Shown here in pieces: positions 27,674-40,686 of a stretch of 64,000 nt of DNA. The stretch is taken from NCBI RefSeq assembly GCF_036971445.1, contig NC_091476.1:27962001-28026000 (forward strand), in the 5' to 3' direction. The notes beneath the pieces are model-generated. The model searched no databases, was not told the origin of the DNA, and worked only from the letters and a program-made list of their open reading frames with translations. Position 1 is the stretch's first letter. The number at the start of each line of letters is the position of its first letter. The position numbers were made by a program, and so were the translations under genes. The DNA comes from Narcine bancroftii (Eukaryota).

Positions 27674-29898
27674 TTTTTTAAATTTTTTATTTTTCACACC
27701 ATAAATCACAATAGCCATGATATACACTTTTTCTTTTCCACACATTTACAGTGACTTTTTCTCCCTCCCCCCTCCCTCCTCCCAAGCCACCCCCCCACCC
27801 CCCCCCCTCTCATCCATTTTAGGTATGCAATCTAGGTTGCATTAATTCAGTCAGACAATGTTGTCATTCAACAAAAATACACCAGAAATTCTACTGAGTC
27901 CATTCTTTTCTTTTCTTCTCCTTCCATCAACTTAGGTAATGTTTGTTCCCGGTAGGTTTTCGCTATTGTATTTAATGTAAGGCTCCCATACTTGTTCGAA
28001 TATTTCAATATTATTTCTTAAACTATATGTTATTTTTTCTAATGGAATACATTTATTCATTTCTATATACCATTGTTGTATTTTCAAATTATCTTCCAAT
28101 TTCCAGGTTGACATAATACATTTTTTTTGCTACGGCTAGGGCTATCTTGACAAATCTTTTTTGTGCATCTTCCAAGTCAATTCCAAATTCTTTATTTTTT
28201 ATGTTACTTAGGAGAAAGATCTCTGGATTCTTTGGTATATTGTTTTCTGTTATTTTATTTAATATCTGATTGAGATCATCCCAAAATTTTTCTACTCTCT
28301 CACATGTCCAGATTGCATGAATTGTTGTTCCCCTTTCTTTTTTACATCGAAAACATCTATCAGATACTGTTGGGTCCCATTTATTTAACTTTTGCGGTGT
28401 AATGTATAGTCTGTGTAACCAATTATATTGTATCATACGCAGCCTCGTATTTATTGTATTTCTCATCGTTCCAGAGCATAACTTCTCCCATGTTTCCTTT
28501 TTTATCTTTATATTTAAATCTTGTTCCCATTTTTGTTTAGTTTTACCATTTGTTTCCTCATTCTCCTTTTCTTGCAGTTTAATATACATATTTGTTATAA
28601 ATCTTTTGATTAACATTGTATCTGTAATCACATATTCAAGGTTACTTCCCTCTGGTAAACTCAAATTGCTTCCTAATTTATCTTTCAAGTAGGATCTCAG
28701 TTGGTAATATGCCAGCGCTGTATCTCCAGTTATATTGTACTTATCTCTCATTTGTTCAAAGGATAAGAATCTACTTCCTGAAAAACAATTTTCTATTCTT
28801 TTAATCCCTTTTTTTTCCCATTTTCTAAAGGCAAGGTTGTCTATTGTAAAAGGGAGTAGCTTATTTTGCGTCAATATTAGGTTTGGTATTTGGTAATTTA
28901 TTTTATTTCTTTCTACATGAATCTTCTTCCATATATTGAGGAGATGGTGTAATACTGGAGAAGTTCTATGTTGTACCAATTTTTCGTCCCATTTATATAA
29001 TATGTGTTCAGGTATCTTTTCCCCTATTTTATCTAATTCTAGTCTCGTCCAGTCTGGTTTTTCCCTTGTTTGATAAAAATCTGATAGGTACCTTAATTGT
29101 GCGGCTCTATAATAATTTTTGAAGTTTGGCAATTGTAAGCCTCCTTGTTTATACCATTCTATTAATTTATCTAGTGCTATCCTCGGTTTCCCCCCTCTCC
29201 ATAAAAATCTCCTTATTATTTTCTTTAACTCTTTGAAGAATTTTTCTGTCAGTTGTATTGGCAATGCCTGAAATAAGTATAGTATCCTTGGAAAAATGTT
29301 CATTTTAATACAGTTTATCCTTCCTATCAGTGTTAGTGGTAGCTCTTTCCAATGCTCTAAATCGTCCTGTAATTTTTTCATTAGTGGATTGTAATTGAGT
29401 TTATATAATTGGCCTAGATTTTTGTTTATTTGCACACCTAGGTATCTTATTGCCTGCATTTGCCATCTGAATGGGGATTCCTCCTTAAATTTTGAGAAAT
29501 CCGCGTTATTCATAGGCATTGCTTCACTTTTATTTACGTTTATCTTGTATCCCGACACTTCTCCATATTCCTTCAATTTCTTATATAGTTCTTTTATTGA
29601 TAGTTCTGGTTCTGTTAAGTACACTATCACATCATCCGCAAACAGACTGATTTTATATTCCCTGTCTTTTATTTTTATTCCTTTTATATTATTATCTATT
29701 CTTATCGATTCTGCTAGTGGTTCTATAGCTAGCGCAAACAATAATGGTGATAGTGGGCATCCCTGCCGCGTTGACCTGCTTAAGTTAAATTGCTTTGATA
29801 CATGTCCATTTACTGTCACTTTCGCTAACGGTCCCTCATATAATGCTTTAATCCAATTAATAAACTTCTCCGGTAAACTGAATTTTTGCAATACTTTG
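27674..29898 (-). mobile_element. Young 5'-truncated L1/Tx1-clade LINE with 19-bp TSD
   Basis: 604-aa open ORF2 part with TRQGCPLSPLLF, FADD and CCHC knuckle CFRC..H..WTC; A-rich tail at 27672-27695; TSD AACAATATCTGCTCCTCTT at 27655-27673 and 29899-29917; one +1 slip in T8 (28121-28128) separates the last 60 aa (27932-28114). Confidence 0.95.
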
Positions 29899-30004
29899 AA
29901 CAATATCTGCTCCTCTTGACGTATACCTGCCTTGGTGATGCTAATTTTTAGTGATTTTGTCCCCCTCTCCCTATGCAGGTCCCTGCACGATCTCTCCGGG
30001 GTCT

Positions 30005-30487
30005 ATGAGTTCTCTGGCTTTCTCAGAACGAACAGACTGTGAAGCCGTCACCATGCTGCACTATGGGGATTCGGTGGCGAGGACCAGGGTTCCCAGCAGC
30101 TCCACGGGGCAGTTTAACGCTGGGCTGATCGCTTCTTCGTGCGGGGTCCAGAAGCAACAGTTCACCCTGCACGGCCCACAGCTGTTGGCCAGTTTCCAAC
30201 TGCAGAAACTCAACAGCCAGTACCACAGCTCGGCGCTGCAGCCAGCTCCAGTGCCCGGAGACCACCACCACCACGCCGCGGTTGCTGTCCATTCCCCAGC
30301 CCAGGCCAACCCAGGAGCGGCAGCCCAACACACGTCGGGCATCATGGACACGGACCTCATCGACGAGGACGCGCTGATGACCTTGGTGCTGGAATTGGGG
30401 TTGGATCGAGTGGACGAGCTGCCTGAACTCTGGTTGGGGCACAATGAGTTTGATTTCACCTCAGACGTGACGTCGGTCACCTGCTGA
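30005..30487 (+). CDS. CITED1: CBP/p300-interacting transactivator, CITED family (160 aa), probably CITED1
   Basis: Acceptor ctatgcag at 29977-78, first ATG at 30005; [17 protein letters not shown] and [42 protein letters not shown] conserved regions; position between HDAC8 and RPS4X as for human CITED1. Confidence 0.9.
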   Translation: MSSLAFSERTDCEAVTMLHYGDSVARTRVPSSSTGQFNAGLIASSCGVQKQQFTLHGPQLLASFQLQKLNSQYHSSALQPAPVPGDHHHHAAVAVHSPAQANPGAAAQHTSGIMDTDLIDEDALMTLVLELGLDRVDELPELWLGHNEFDFTSDVTSVTC

Positions 30488-31384
30488 CAGAGCCAGGGAA
30501 CTGTGTGGACTCATCCGATCTCAACTCCTTCAAACGGACTTAAAGCAACTGCAGCCGGTTTCCAATTGCACGAACAACCTCAGATAATGAAGTGGCCTTT
30601 GCATTGTCCAGAGTTGCACCCTCAGTTTTTCAAACTTTCAAGGATATTCGGAGAAGCTGAGCCGACGAAGGAGTATTCTCAATCTTGAAAACCTTGCCTA
30701 TGTTCTTACCCAAGGACAAGAACGAGATCTATTGACACAAACCGAGATGTCAATTTTAAATCCCCTTAACGAGGGAGCCCAGGTATAAACAGAGGCTCGA
30801 ATGGCATGCCGTAATACAGCCCGTGCCTGGGGATATTCTGGCTGCTTTGTTGAGCTGGAGACTTTAAAACGGGACCCTAGGTTTTTCTATACGACCAAAT
30901 GGATGCAGTCACCTTTCCACTTCCTTTCATTGTTGCTCTGCAGGGCAGCTTCATGGAACCGCTGAGGGATTTGTAAAGTTGCTGTAGTTCGTGGTCAGCG
31001 CTGGGGTTGGACTTTCTCGCACCAGTCCATGTTGCCATGTGGCTCAGGCCTGAAACATCGCCAATATATCTCTCCATACATGCTGAAAAGGCCAACTGAG
31101 TTTCTCCAGCATTTCGGTGCTTTTACCGCAGCATTTCACACCTTCTCAGTGTTGCATCTCCGGGTCCCGGCTGATGACGAGAAAACAGTTGCCACCCATC
31201 CTTCCGATCGCTTGCACCCTGCATGGTTTGCTCACCCTCGTTTGTTGCGTTTTAAAAAATAGTACAACATGACTTAATGCAGGAGAATGTTTGCTCTTTG
31301 GAGTGAATGCAGAATAGTAGCACAAAGGAGACACTTCATTGGTAGATCTCCCCAGGCCAAGTCCCTGAACTGAGATTCGAATGA

Positions 31385-31597
31385 CTAGACATACAGCACG
31401 GTAACAGGCCCTTCTGCCCCACGAGCTCATACCGCCAAAATGCTCCAATGAACCTACAACCCCCAGTACATTTTGAACGTTGGGAGGAAACCATAGTCTC
31501 CAGAGGAAACCCACACAGACCTGGGGAAAACTTACAAACTCCTTACAGACAGCGTGGGATTTGGACCCAGGTCACTGGGGCTGTAATACCGCCACAC
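31385..31597 (-). mobile_element. V-SINE (HE1-like)
   Basis: Same family as 12752-12986 (atacagcacggtaacaggccc..., acaaactccttacagac). Confidence 0.65.
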
Positions 31598-32202
31598 AAT
31601 TCTTAAGACAGCAGTAGTGAGTGTTTACCATTTCTGTGTGAAGCAGCACGAGTGATCTCTTGATCGCCACATAAAACCATCAAGTGACAACTGGTCTTAA
31701 ATTAGAAAAGGTGTTCAACCTGACCTTGGACATAAATGAAGAATAACACAGTAAACTAATTGAAAAATACTACATGAATTGGTACTGCAGTTCCATAAAG
31801 AATGAGTTTAATCAGTCCGTGACTTCCAGCATTCATTCCATCAGCAACTGGCCAGTTATACGCAAGTTCCTTCAGAAAACCAGAAAGTAAAATCTAACGA
31901 GTAACATACTCCAGTATGGTTCGATAGTCAGTGGATCATACCTTGAATATATTCAATGACTCAGCCTCCACATCCATCTGAGGTAGAGAATTCCAGGGTC
32001 ACAGAGAAGAAATACCTTCTCATTTAAGATAACAATGGGTAACATCGTATTCTGACACAATGCTCCCTAGTTCTAGATACCCCAAACAGAGTAAACATCC
32101 TCTCAGCAAACCCCAGTTGATTGCCTTTCACAATCTTATCTGTTTCAATGAAATCACCTCTTAATTTTTTTTGAACATGAATGAGTATAGACCCAATTTG
32201 CT

Positions 32203-32690
32203 CAATCTTTCAAGATTAGTTTTATTGTAAAAGAAATAATACATAAATGTAATATTACACAAAATTTCCTTTTGCCTGCTGTTAGGCAAATATTCTCCTG
32301 GCATTTCTTACAACAAAAGAGAGTCCCTTCAGAGTCAGTGTCCGTGGATTCACCTCCAGCGCTTCTGCAACCTCTGCAGCTGCTCAGGCCTGTCTGATCC
32401 ATTGGTAACCTGAGTTCCAGATCCAAACCTTCGATACGATCAGGAAGTGTTGGGTCCCTGAGCCTCATCAGGAGCCCTTCTTGCTCTCAGCACCCTTATC
32501 GAACCTTGGTTCCAATACATGATTCCCAGGAGCCAGTGTGCGAAGGCCCGCAGACTATGTAGGTCCTTCGACCGCAAATTGCCAACAGCCCACAGTCTGT
32601 GTTAGTCTTTCAGCCACTGAGCCCCTTGCAGGTCCGCTGCTATGGTCACCGTCCGGTAGGGTTGACTCCTATGAGATCAACTATTTATAT
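32203..32690 (-). mobile_element. Copy of a ~700-bp non-coding dispersed repeat
   Basis: Shares ggatctggaactcaggtt.ccaatgg, gaatccacggacactgac and a caataaa-(atcttga) tail with 41540, 51590 and 62589 copies. Confidence 0.6.
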
Positions 32691-34114
32691 CAAGAATCAA
32701 CCTTGTGGAGCCTTTCTGAATTGCACCAATTCAATCATATCCTTCTTTAACTAGGGAGCATCCTATAAATTTGCATCCACATTTCCCTTTTGTACTCCAT
32801 ATCCCAGCAACAAAGGGAAGCAGCTTCTTGGCCTTATAACTTGTTGTACATTATTGTTTTATGTTTCATGTACTTAGGACCTGCAGATTCTCTCTTCTCT
32901 TTTCCTACAACATTTGAATAATTTACCCTTTCATTTACCTCACATTTTCCTATACTATACTCCAGATGCTAACTCATGTAGACCATCTATATCCTTCTGG
33001 AGGTTTCTCACAATTTGCTAATCCTTTGGATCATCAGAAAAATTGTTTATTTGTACACTTTTTCCAAAATGTTAATACAGATCATTAATAGTTAAGTCCC
33101 AGCACAGATCCATGTGGCTCTTTGTTTACTATTAGTCATTTGCCTATCCATACCTATATATGACCCCACCCTATGCAGTCTGAACTCATAAGAATAAATT
33201 TATATTGAAAAGTTTGAACAATTAGGGTGAGAGTTGAATTTCAGTGCTATCATATTGATGGGCAAATAAGTAAAATAAAGAACTCCCTATAATTCTGACA
33301 ACTGTTTTAACTGCAGTTACATACTTAATAGGGAATTGCTGACTAGAAATTCAGGAAATGGACATGAGCCAGTTCACACTGAAATGCACCAAAGTGATCA
33401 TTAAATCCTTGAACGTGACATTTTTGTGAAGGAAATAATATTCAGTTCTTCTTTCTCATGGACTTAAAGGTAGTTTCTCCTAAACAAAAATGTTGTGCAA
33501 AGTTGACACTAATTTAGTCATGAATGGCTCACTTACAGCTCCTTTCTGCTATGGCTTTGCAATATAGAAATAAAATAAAGGATCCTACTGGTCTACATGA
33601 TAGATATGAAACATTTCCAGAGATTATTCAGAGGAAGTTCTGTAAATTCTAATGATTATTGTCTTATTTTTAAACAACATTCAATGGTGAAACAGTATTT
33701 TATACAAACAGTACCATTAAATTACTTCCTTTTGTAAAGTCATTTGCTGATGTTTAATACAGACACATGCTAGAGAAAAATGACAAACTGTGGCACTTTT
33801 GACTTATTCTGCGGTGCATGTTGTAAAACTGTATAGCTTGCACCAAAATTAATTTACCAGAATGATACTTAATAAACATTTGTTGAATTCAAGTGAAGGA
33901 GCTTTGTGTGCCTCATTTAATTTCACTTAGTAGTTAAAAATTTGGGCTGACATTTAGAATGCTTATTGTATGGTTGAATGAAGAAATGGTACAAATAATG
34001 AATAATTCTTTCAATATGTTATTTCTCTTCACATCTTCAACATTTTATTGCTAAATCTGACTTTTTTTTAACTAGTCACTCTCGTCATCCTTTTCTGTTC
34101 ATATTGGAATTGAT

Positions 34115-34750
34115 AGCAATTGGAAACAAAATCTCCTCCTCACTGATTATCAACCCAGACACTCCTCAAGGATGCATGCTTAGCCCCCTGCTCTACTGTG
34201 CGGCCAGGCACAATTCCAATGCTATCTACAAGTTTGTCGATGACACAACAATCGTCAGAAGAATTACAGACAGTAATGAGGAAACATACAGGAGGGAGAT
34301 AGATCAGCTCGTTGAGGGTGTCACAACAACAACCTTGCACTCGATGTTAGCAAGACCATGGATAGGATTGTGGACTTCAGGGGGAAGTCAGGAGAACACA
34401 AACCAGTCCTTGTGAAGGGCACAGCAATGAAGAGGGTCAAGTATTTCAAATTCCTGGGTGTCAACATCTCTGAAAATCTGTTCTTGATGCAATCATAAAG
34501 AAGGCTCGTCAATGTAAGGAGTTTCAGGAGATACATTATGTCACTGAAATTTTCGGAAACCTCTACAGGTGGACCATGGAGAGCATTCTACCTGGTTGCA
34601 TCACTGTCTGGTATGGACAGTGTCAAGGCACAGGACAGGAAAAAACTCCAGAGGGTTGTTAACTTGGCCTATAACATCACGGGCATCAGACTTCACTCCA
34701 TCAAGGACATCTACGTGTCTTAAGAAAGCAACCCTATTCTCAAGGACCCC
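34115..34750 (+). mobile_element. Rex1/Babar-like RT fragment
   Basis: TPQGCMLSPLLY...IYKFVDDTTIV...FKFLGVNISE. Confidence 0.75.
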
Positions 34751-35022
34751 TTGATGGTAGAGGGGATAGCAGTTGAACCTGGTGGTGCGAGTCTTGTGGC
34801 ACCTGAACCTCTTTCCTGATGGCAGCAGTGAGAACAGAGCATGTGCTGGGTGGTGTAGGTCTTTGATGATTGTTGCTGCTCTCCGATGGCAGCGCTCCCT
34901 GTAGGTGTACTCAGTAGTGGGGAGGGTTTTGCCTGTGATGTCCTGGGCTGTGTTCATTACCTTTTGGAGGGTTTTATGCTTGGAGGTATTGGTGTTTCCA
35001 TACCAGACCGTGATGCAGCCAT
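34751..35022 (-). mobile_element. Rex1/Babar-like 3' fragment, abutting the + copy tail-to-tail
   Basis: GCITVWYGNT...IIKDLHHPAHALFSLLPSGKRFR. Confidence 0.75.
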
Positions 35023-35809
35023 TTTTATGCCTCTTCATCTTGTTTAGCTTGTATTGCTTTGAAATATATTAGTCAGGTTTTCATATTGTAAGTATGGTAC
35101 TCCTGTAACAATTTGCATGACAATTCCAGTGTTTCAATACTTTTAAAATGTCAATTCACATGTTAACGATTGAAAGTATGTTGGTACAGGATGTTGGAAC
35201 TCAAGACCATTCTACCTTTGTTCCAACTACACAGTGCAAAGATGTCATTTATTGTGAGAGCATTCAGCTATTGAGAATAATAGATGATGAGTCTCAATAA
35301 TTTAACTCAATAGTGATGTATACTGCAGACGAGAGCAGACTTTTGCCGAAATGGGGAGTATTTTAAACAAAAAAAAATGGTCAGTTACAACGGAATTAAG
35401 TGGAAAAAACTCCATATATGCTGTTTCTAAAATTTATAGCAGCAGGTTCAGGCTCAAAATTATTCTTGGAAGTTTATAGTATTTCATCAGTTTTGAAACA
35501 ACACTATGGATTTTTAGAATGCAATACATTTATTTGAAATAACTCTTTCCTCTTTCAGTGAGTTTCTATCCATAACTCAGTGAAAATTGAAAAAAAAAAC
35601 GGTCATATTTAACCTTGAAAGTGATTTGATCTACTTATGTCTTGTACCCAATTCCAGTCATGGTATCCATGCTATGAAAATGTAGTGAATGACTACACAC
35701 AGACACCTGGCATTAGATACGTTAGTTATAAGGAGATCATGGAGGAAGAATGGGTTTTCAAACTTGAAAAGAGACAGGTAATTTTATAAAGAAACAGAAA
35801 AGTTAAATG

Positions 35810-36590
35810 CTGGGGTCTAGTGAAGTACACAAAAGTGCTGGTGAAACTCAGCAGGTCACTCAGCAGCTATAGAAAGTAGTCAATATTTCAGGCCTAAGAT
35901 TTTCAATTTGGAACATTGCTTTCAATATTTCTGTTTGAAGTATGAAAGTCTGCATATGCTGTGATTGTAGTAACACACAGAAATGCTGGAGGAACTCAGC
36001 TGGTCTCACAGTGTCCATAGGAGGTAAAGCTATATTGCTGACATTTCGGGCCTGCACCCTTCTTCAAATAATAAGTAAAGAGCACGAAGGTGCCAGTATA
36101 AACGGTGCTGGCTTGGGAAGGAGTCAAGACTAACAAAAGGTATTAATTGGATATGATATGAGAAGAGGTGAGAATTGATTTTAACTCTGTGAAAGGAGAC
36201 AGAAAAAGGGAGAAAAAGAGACAGAACCAAGGGAAAGGCGACGGATGAAGAAGGCAGGGGGGGGGGTTTAACAGAACCCAGAGAAGATGATGTTAATGCC
36301 CTCCAGTTGGAGGGTGCCCAGACAGAAGATAAAGCATTGTTCCTCCAATTTACGGGTGGTCTCAGTCTGGCAATGCATGAGTCCATGGACAGACATGTTA
36401 ACAAAGGAATGAAATGGAGAATTGAAATAGGTGGGCACTGGGAGATGCACGCTATTGCGGTGGATGGAGTTAAGGTGTTCAACAAAGCGATCTCCCAGTC
36501 TGCGTCCAGTCTCTCTGATGTAGGAGCATCGGATGCAGTTGATGACCCTTGCAGATTCACAAGTGAAATGTTGCTTCACTTTGAAAGACA
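35810..36590 (-). mobile_element. Penelope-like element 3' part with GIY-YIG and tandem terminal repeats
   Basis: VKQHFTCESARVINCIRCS-YIRETGRRLGDRFVEHL...RKLEEQCFIFCLGTLQLEGINIIFS; two terminal-motif copies at about 35825-35900 and 35945-36070. Confidence 0.75.
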
Positions 36591-37122
36591 CTCCATGGAA
36601 GGAATATTATTGTGCCTTATCTAATATCCTTTACCTTCTTCATGACCCTATCTGAATGTGCTGCCACCTTCAGGATCCTTCAATTTATACATCATTCCCT
36701 CTGTTGCAAAAGCTTTCATTGTGCATATTCTACCTAACCTCACGTCCTCAGAAAATATAGCACCTCTCACTTATCATTTTAGTTGCCATTGTTCTGCCAA
36801 TTTTACCATCTGGTTAATCTTATCCTGTAGCTTACAATCGACCACCAATTTTAATGACAAATGCAAACTTCCTAATCATACTCTTGTGATTCATGTGTAT
36901 AGCAAGTGGTGAGAGTCCATCACCAACCCTCATGGTACAACAGTGATCACAGACTTCCAATCATAAAAACAATCTTCCACCATTACACTTTATCTTAATC
37001 TCTGAGCTAATTTTGGGTCTAATCTGCCAATTTGCCTCTGGGCTCCAATCTTTTATTTTGTTTTTTTTATTTTCTGCAGTGGTTTCTTTAATATTCAGCC
37101 ACAGCCACTCTTGCTGCTCCAA

Positions 37123-37615
37123 GTCAGATTCAGATTTATTGTCAGAGTACATACATGACAATTCATACAACCTTTATCCTGTGGGCAAGGCAGAATTACT
37201 ACTTATTGGTAGGGCAAAAAACTGTGCACCACATACACATGTAAACAAATAAAGAACTGTAAACAATTAACAAATGTAAACAACTGACTGTGCAATACAG
37301 AGAGAATTTTTAAAAAATCAATAAAGTGCACAAGTAAGTCCTTAAATAAGTCCTTGATTGAGTTTGTTGTTGAGGAGTCTGATGGTGGAGGGGTTTCTGA
37401 ACCTGGTGATGTGAGTCTTGTGGCACCTATACCTCTTTCCTGATGGTAGCAGTGAGATCAGAGCACGTACTGGGTGGTGTGGATCGTTGATGATTGCTGC
37501 TGCTGTCTGACAGCAGTGTTCCCTGTAGATGTTCTCGAGAGTGGGGAGGGTTTTGCCTGTGATTTCTTGGGCAGGGCTTTATGCTCAGTGGGATTGGTGT
37601 CCCCATACCACATAG
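37123..37615 (-). mobile_element. Rex1/Babar-like LINE 3' end
   Basis: Reverse complement of the 7384-8188 family; tail ctgacaataaatctgaatctga. Confidence 0.75.
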
Positions 37616-38281
37616 TAGTTGGGTAGCCATCCTGGGACCCAGGTGCGATTACTGGAGCAAAGGTGCTGGAAGCACCTTTTAAATTGCAAGGGGATCGACC
37701 CACCCCTTCAATGACGCGTCATGCACCAGAAGTACTGGCGGATGTTCAGATGCTAGCTGCCCGTGACGCAAGCACGAGAGTCAGGGTTAGAATCATAGAG
37801 CATTACAGCACAGAAACAGGCCCTCTAGTCTGTGACCATCCATTTTTTCTGCCTAGACCCACTGACCTGCACCCAGTTCTCCCATCCATGTACCGTAAAT
37901 GTTAAAATTAAGCCCGCATTCACCACCGGCTGGCAGTTTTCCTGATTGGTTGTGAACTAAAAATTAAACTGGAAAGTCTGCGGACGCTGGGGTTGTAGTG
38001 CAATACATAAAAGTGCTGGAGAGAGAGTTGAGTACAAAGGAGTGTGCTGGGCGTCAGGGTCCAGACTTTGGAGGGTGTGTGCGGCCGGAGCCCAGGCCCA
38101 GACTCCGGGTCAGTGGGTGGCCGGACCTGCATGCCGGTGCTTGGGAACATGGGCAAGTTTGTGAGCAGAGCTCGGGTCCGGAATGGTTGTATCCCTTGAG
38201 TTCACTGAAGCATTTATTACTCCATGTAATACATGAAAATATCAATGATGCTTGCCTATGAATAAGAAGTCCTCCCGGGTG

Positions 38282-38409
38282 CCGGCCGATCGAAGTGTCA
38301 CTGCGCGCATGCGTGCCTCAGAGTGACCTCTGACCCACAGTGCGACCGGCCGATCGGAGTGTCACTGCGCGCATGCGTGCCTCGGTGTGACCTCCGACCC
38401 AAAGCGCGA
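38282..38409 (+). repeat. 64-bp tandem duplication in the RPS4X proximal promoter
   Basis: Units 38282-38345 and 38346-38409; each carries TGCGCGCATGCGTG (NRF1-like) and TGACCTCYGACCC (DR1-like). Confidence 0.9.
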
Positions 38410-38420
38410 CGGTCGATTGA

Positions 38421-38465
38421 GCACTGCATTGTGGGAAATTGCTCCTTTTCCTCGCAGACGCTAAG
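38421..38465 (+). promoter_or_regulatory. RPS4X core promoter: ZNF143/Staf-like site, TCT/5'TOP start tract, short 5' UTR
   Basis: TTTCCCACAATGCAGTGC on the minus strand (38421-38438); pyrimidine tract CTCCTTTTCC (38442-51) just upstream of the ATG; within a CpG island (about 37700-39000). Confidence 0.75.
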
Positions 38466-38468
38466 ATG
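38466..38468 (+). CDS. RPS4X: 40S ribosomal protein eS4, exon 1 (ATG only)
   Basis: aagATG followed by GTGAGG donor, as in vertebrate RPS4 genes. Confidence 0.9.
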
Positions 38469-38935
38469 GTGAGGATTATGTGGGGTTGCGCGGGTGTAAT
38501 CCAGCAACATCCACTCTATCAATAAAATAAAAGAGATCAATGTCATGGGAATGGGATGGGTAACAGCTGGGGAAGCGGATCCGAGGCCAATTTGCCCGCA
38601 GCGCATGGCAGGGTGGCGGATATTTTAATGTTCGGTGAGCGGCCGGGGCGGAGGTCGGTGCCAGGCCGCAGCTCGGCTTCAGCCCTTCGCCGGATGCGGG
38701 AGTGGGTTTAACGTGATCAGTACTCATGGCCGAGTCTTGGCCCACGCCTGCAGGTAGCTGGAGGTTCAGGTTAAACCGGGACTCTCCATTTCACCCCCCC
38801 CCCCCCACCTTGTTGGGAGTTGGAACAAGGGAGGGACGGGAGGGGGTGTTGAAGGGAGTGCGAACGGCGGATCAGGTCAACCGATCATGCGAACTCCGGC
38901 TATTAGTTTCGACCCGAACTAAATAACTTCTCTGA

Positions 38936-39082
<147 letters not shown>

Positions 39083-39709
39083 TAGAAGGAATTGGAACTG
39101 AAATAGGAACATTGTAATCACAAACTATGGTTTGTTGAAACACTAGTTGGTGTCTTTCTCTACGAAGTGGTTATCTCACGACCTAGTAGCTTTCAAAATG
39201 CGATCAATGTCCTGGCACGTTTAATGCCTAAATAAGTTTTGTTAATTAAAATGTTACGGTAATGTTTCCACACTTCAGGTTAAAGAAATAATTTTCTTCA
39301 TTGACATTAAGAAAATGATGGAAATAGTTGCTGGGGTTCAGTGGGGAGTTAAATATTTAATAATTTTAAGGTAAAAATTGGGAAAAGGTAGAATTAGGTT
39401 CTGAAGATGCATGAAATGTGGGAAGTGGATCCAAAAAAAAGTAAAGGACTTAAATGGGTAAATGACAGGGGAGAGGTTACATGAAAGTGAGAGTAGTAAT
39501 AACTACAGTATTTTTGACAGCTAGAAGTAAAGTTTGTAGGTTTGTACGTTAATCTCTAATTGAAGACAGTGAAAAACAAAATTCTGTGTCATGTGGCTTA
39601 AAGAACAACTGATACAGCTTATATAGTTTCACACTTTTCATTTGGAACATTCTGTATTTGTACATTCCATTGGTTTGTTATAAGTTAAGCTCACCTTTCA
39701 CTTTGCTAG

Positions 39710-39922
<213 letters not shown>

Positions 39923-40588
39923 TAAATGTGCTTGCAGCTTAAAACTGCTAAAGCGAAGATTGTCTAAATCCTTGTTGCCCTTGTTTAAATTCACCAAGTA
40001 CTGTCAAAGTGTTGTTCTCGTTCTCTGATCGAGACTGCATTTTGTTTCAGTACAGTCTTGCACGGCAGTCTTCCACTCAGTTTCCAACCTCCCAAGACTT
40101 GCTGAGATTTCTGCATCTCTCTTCTGGCCTAATCATTGTTGAATCTGTAGTGTCACAATGTATTAAATGTAGCCTCTGTTATTCTTTCCTTGTTCCTCCA
40201 CAGATTCTTTAATCTCTTGACTAACTATTTAAAAAAAAATACTCTGACAAAGTTTTTGATCATCTGTTTAGAAACATTTTTAACATAGTCTCGTATCAAA
40301 TTTTATTGTATATAATGAGATATTTCACACAAATCTAATTTGCAAGTACAAATTTCTCATCTTTGAGTTATCTGAAGTCATACATTCAAAGGGAACTTCT
40401 GAAATATGGATTGTTGTATGCAGAAGTGAGGTTCTACTCTTGCATTTTTCATGTCTTCCCGATGTACTACTGCTGAGTATTGTAAATAATGGGCACTACT
40501 GTGGATTTGGGAAGGACAGAAACTAGCGGGTCTGCAATGGAATTTGGTTTTTGTTTATAAAATTGTGTGTTCTATGTTCATTTTTCAG

Positions 40589-40686
40589 ATGTTATCAGCA
40601 TCGAAAAGACGAATGAGCACTTCCGTCTGATCTATGATACAAAGGGTCGTTTTGCTGTGCACAGAATCACAGTTGAAGAGGCAAAG
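40589..40686 (+). CDS. RPS4X: RPS4X exon 4 (98 bp)
   Basis: [33 protein letters not shown]. Confidence 0.98.

Noticed and set aside
29395-29919. 174-aa + strand ORF (also 28402-28692)
   Set aside because: Antisense shadow of L1 ORF2.
29951-30004. N-terminal extension of CITED from the ORF-track start
   Set aside because: It starts at GTG inside the polypyrimidine tract upstream of the acceptor at 29977-78; the first ATG is at 30005.
30023-30480. Two 139-aa antisense ORFs and one alternate-frame ORF over CITED
   Set aside because: Shadow frames of a GC-rich coding exon with no recognisable motif.
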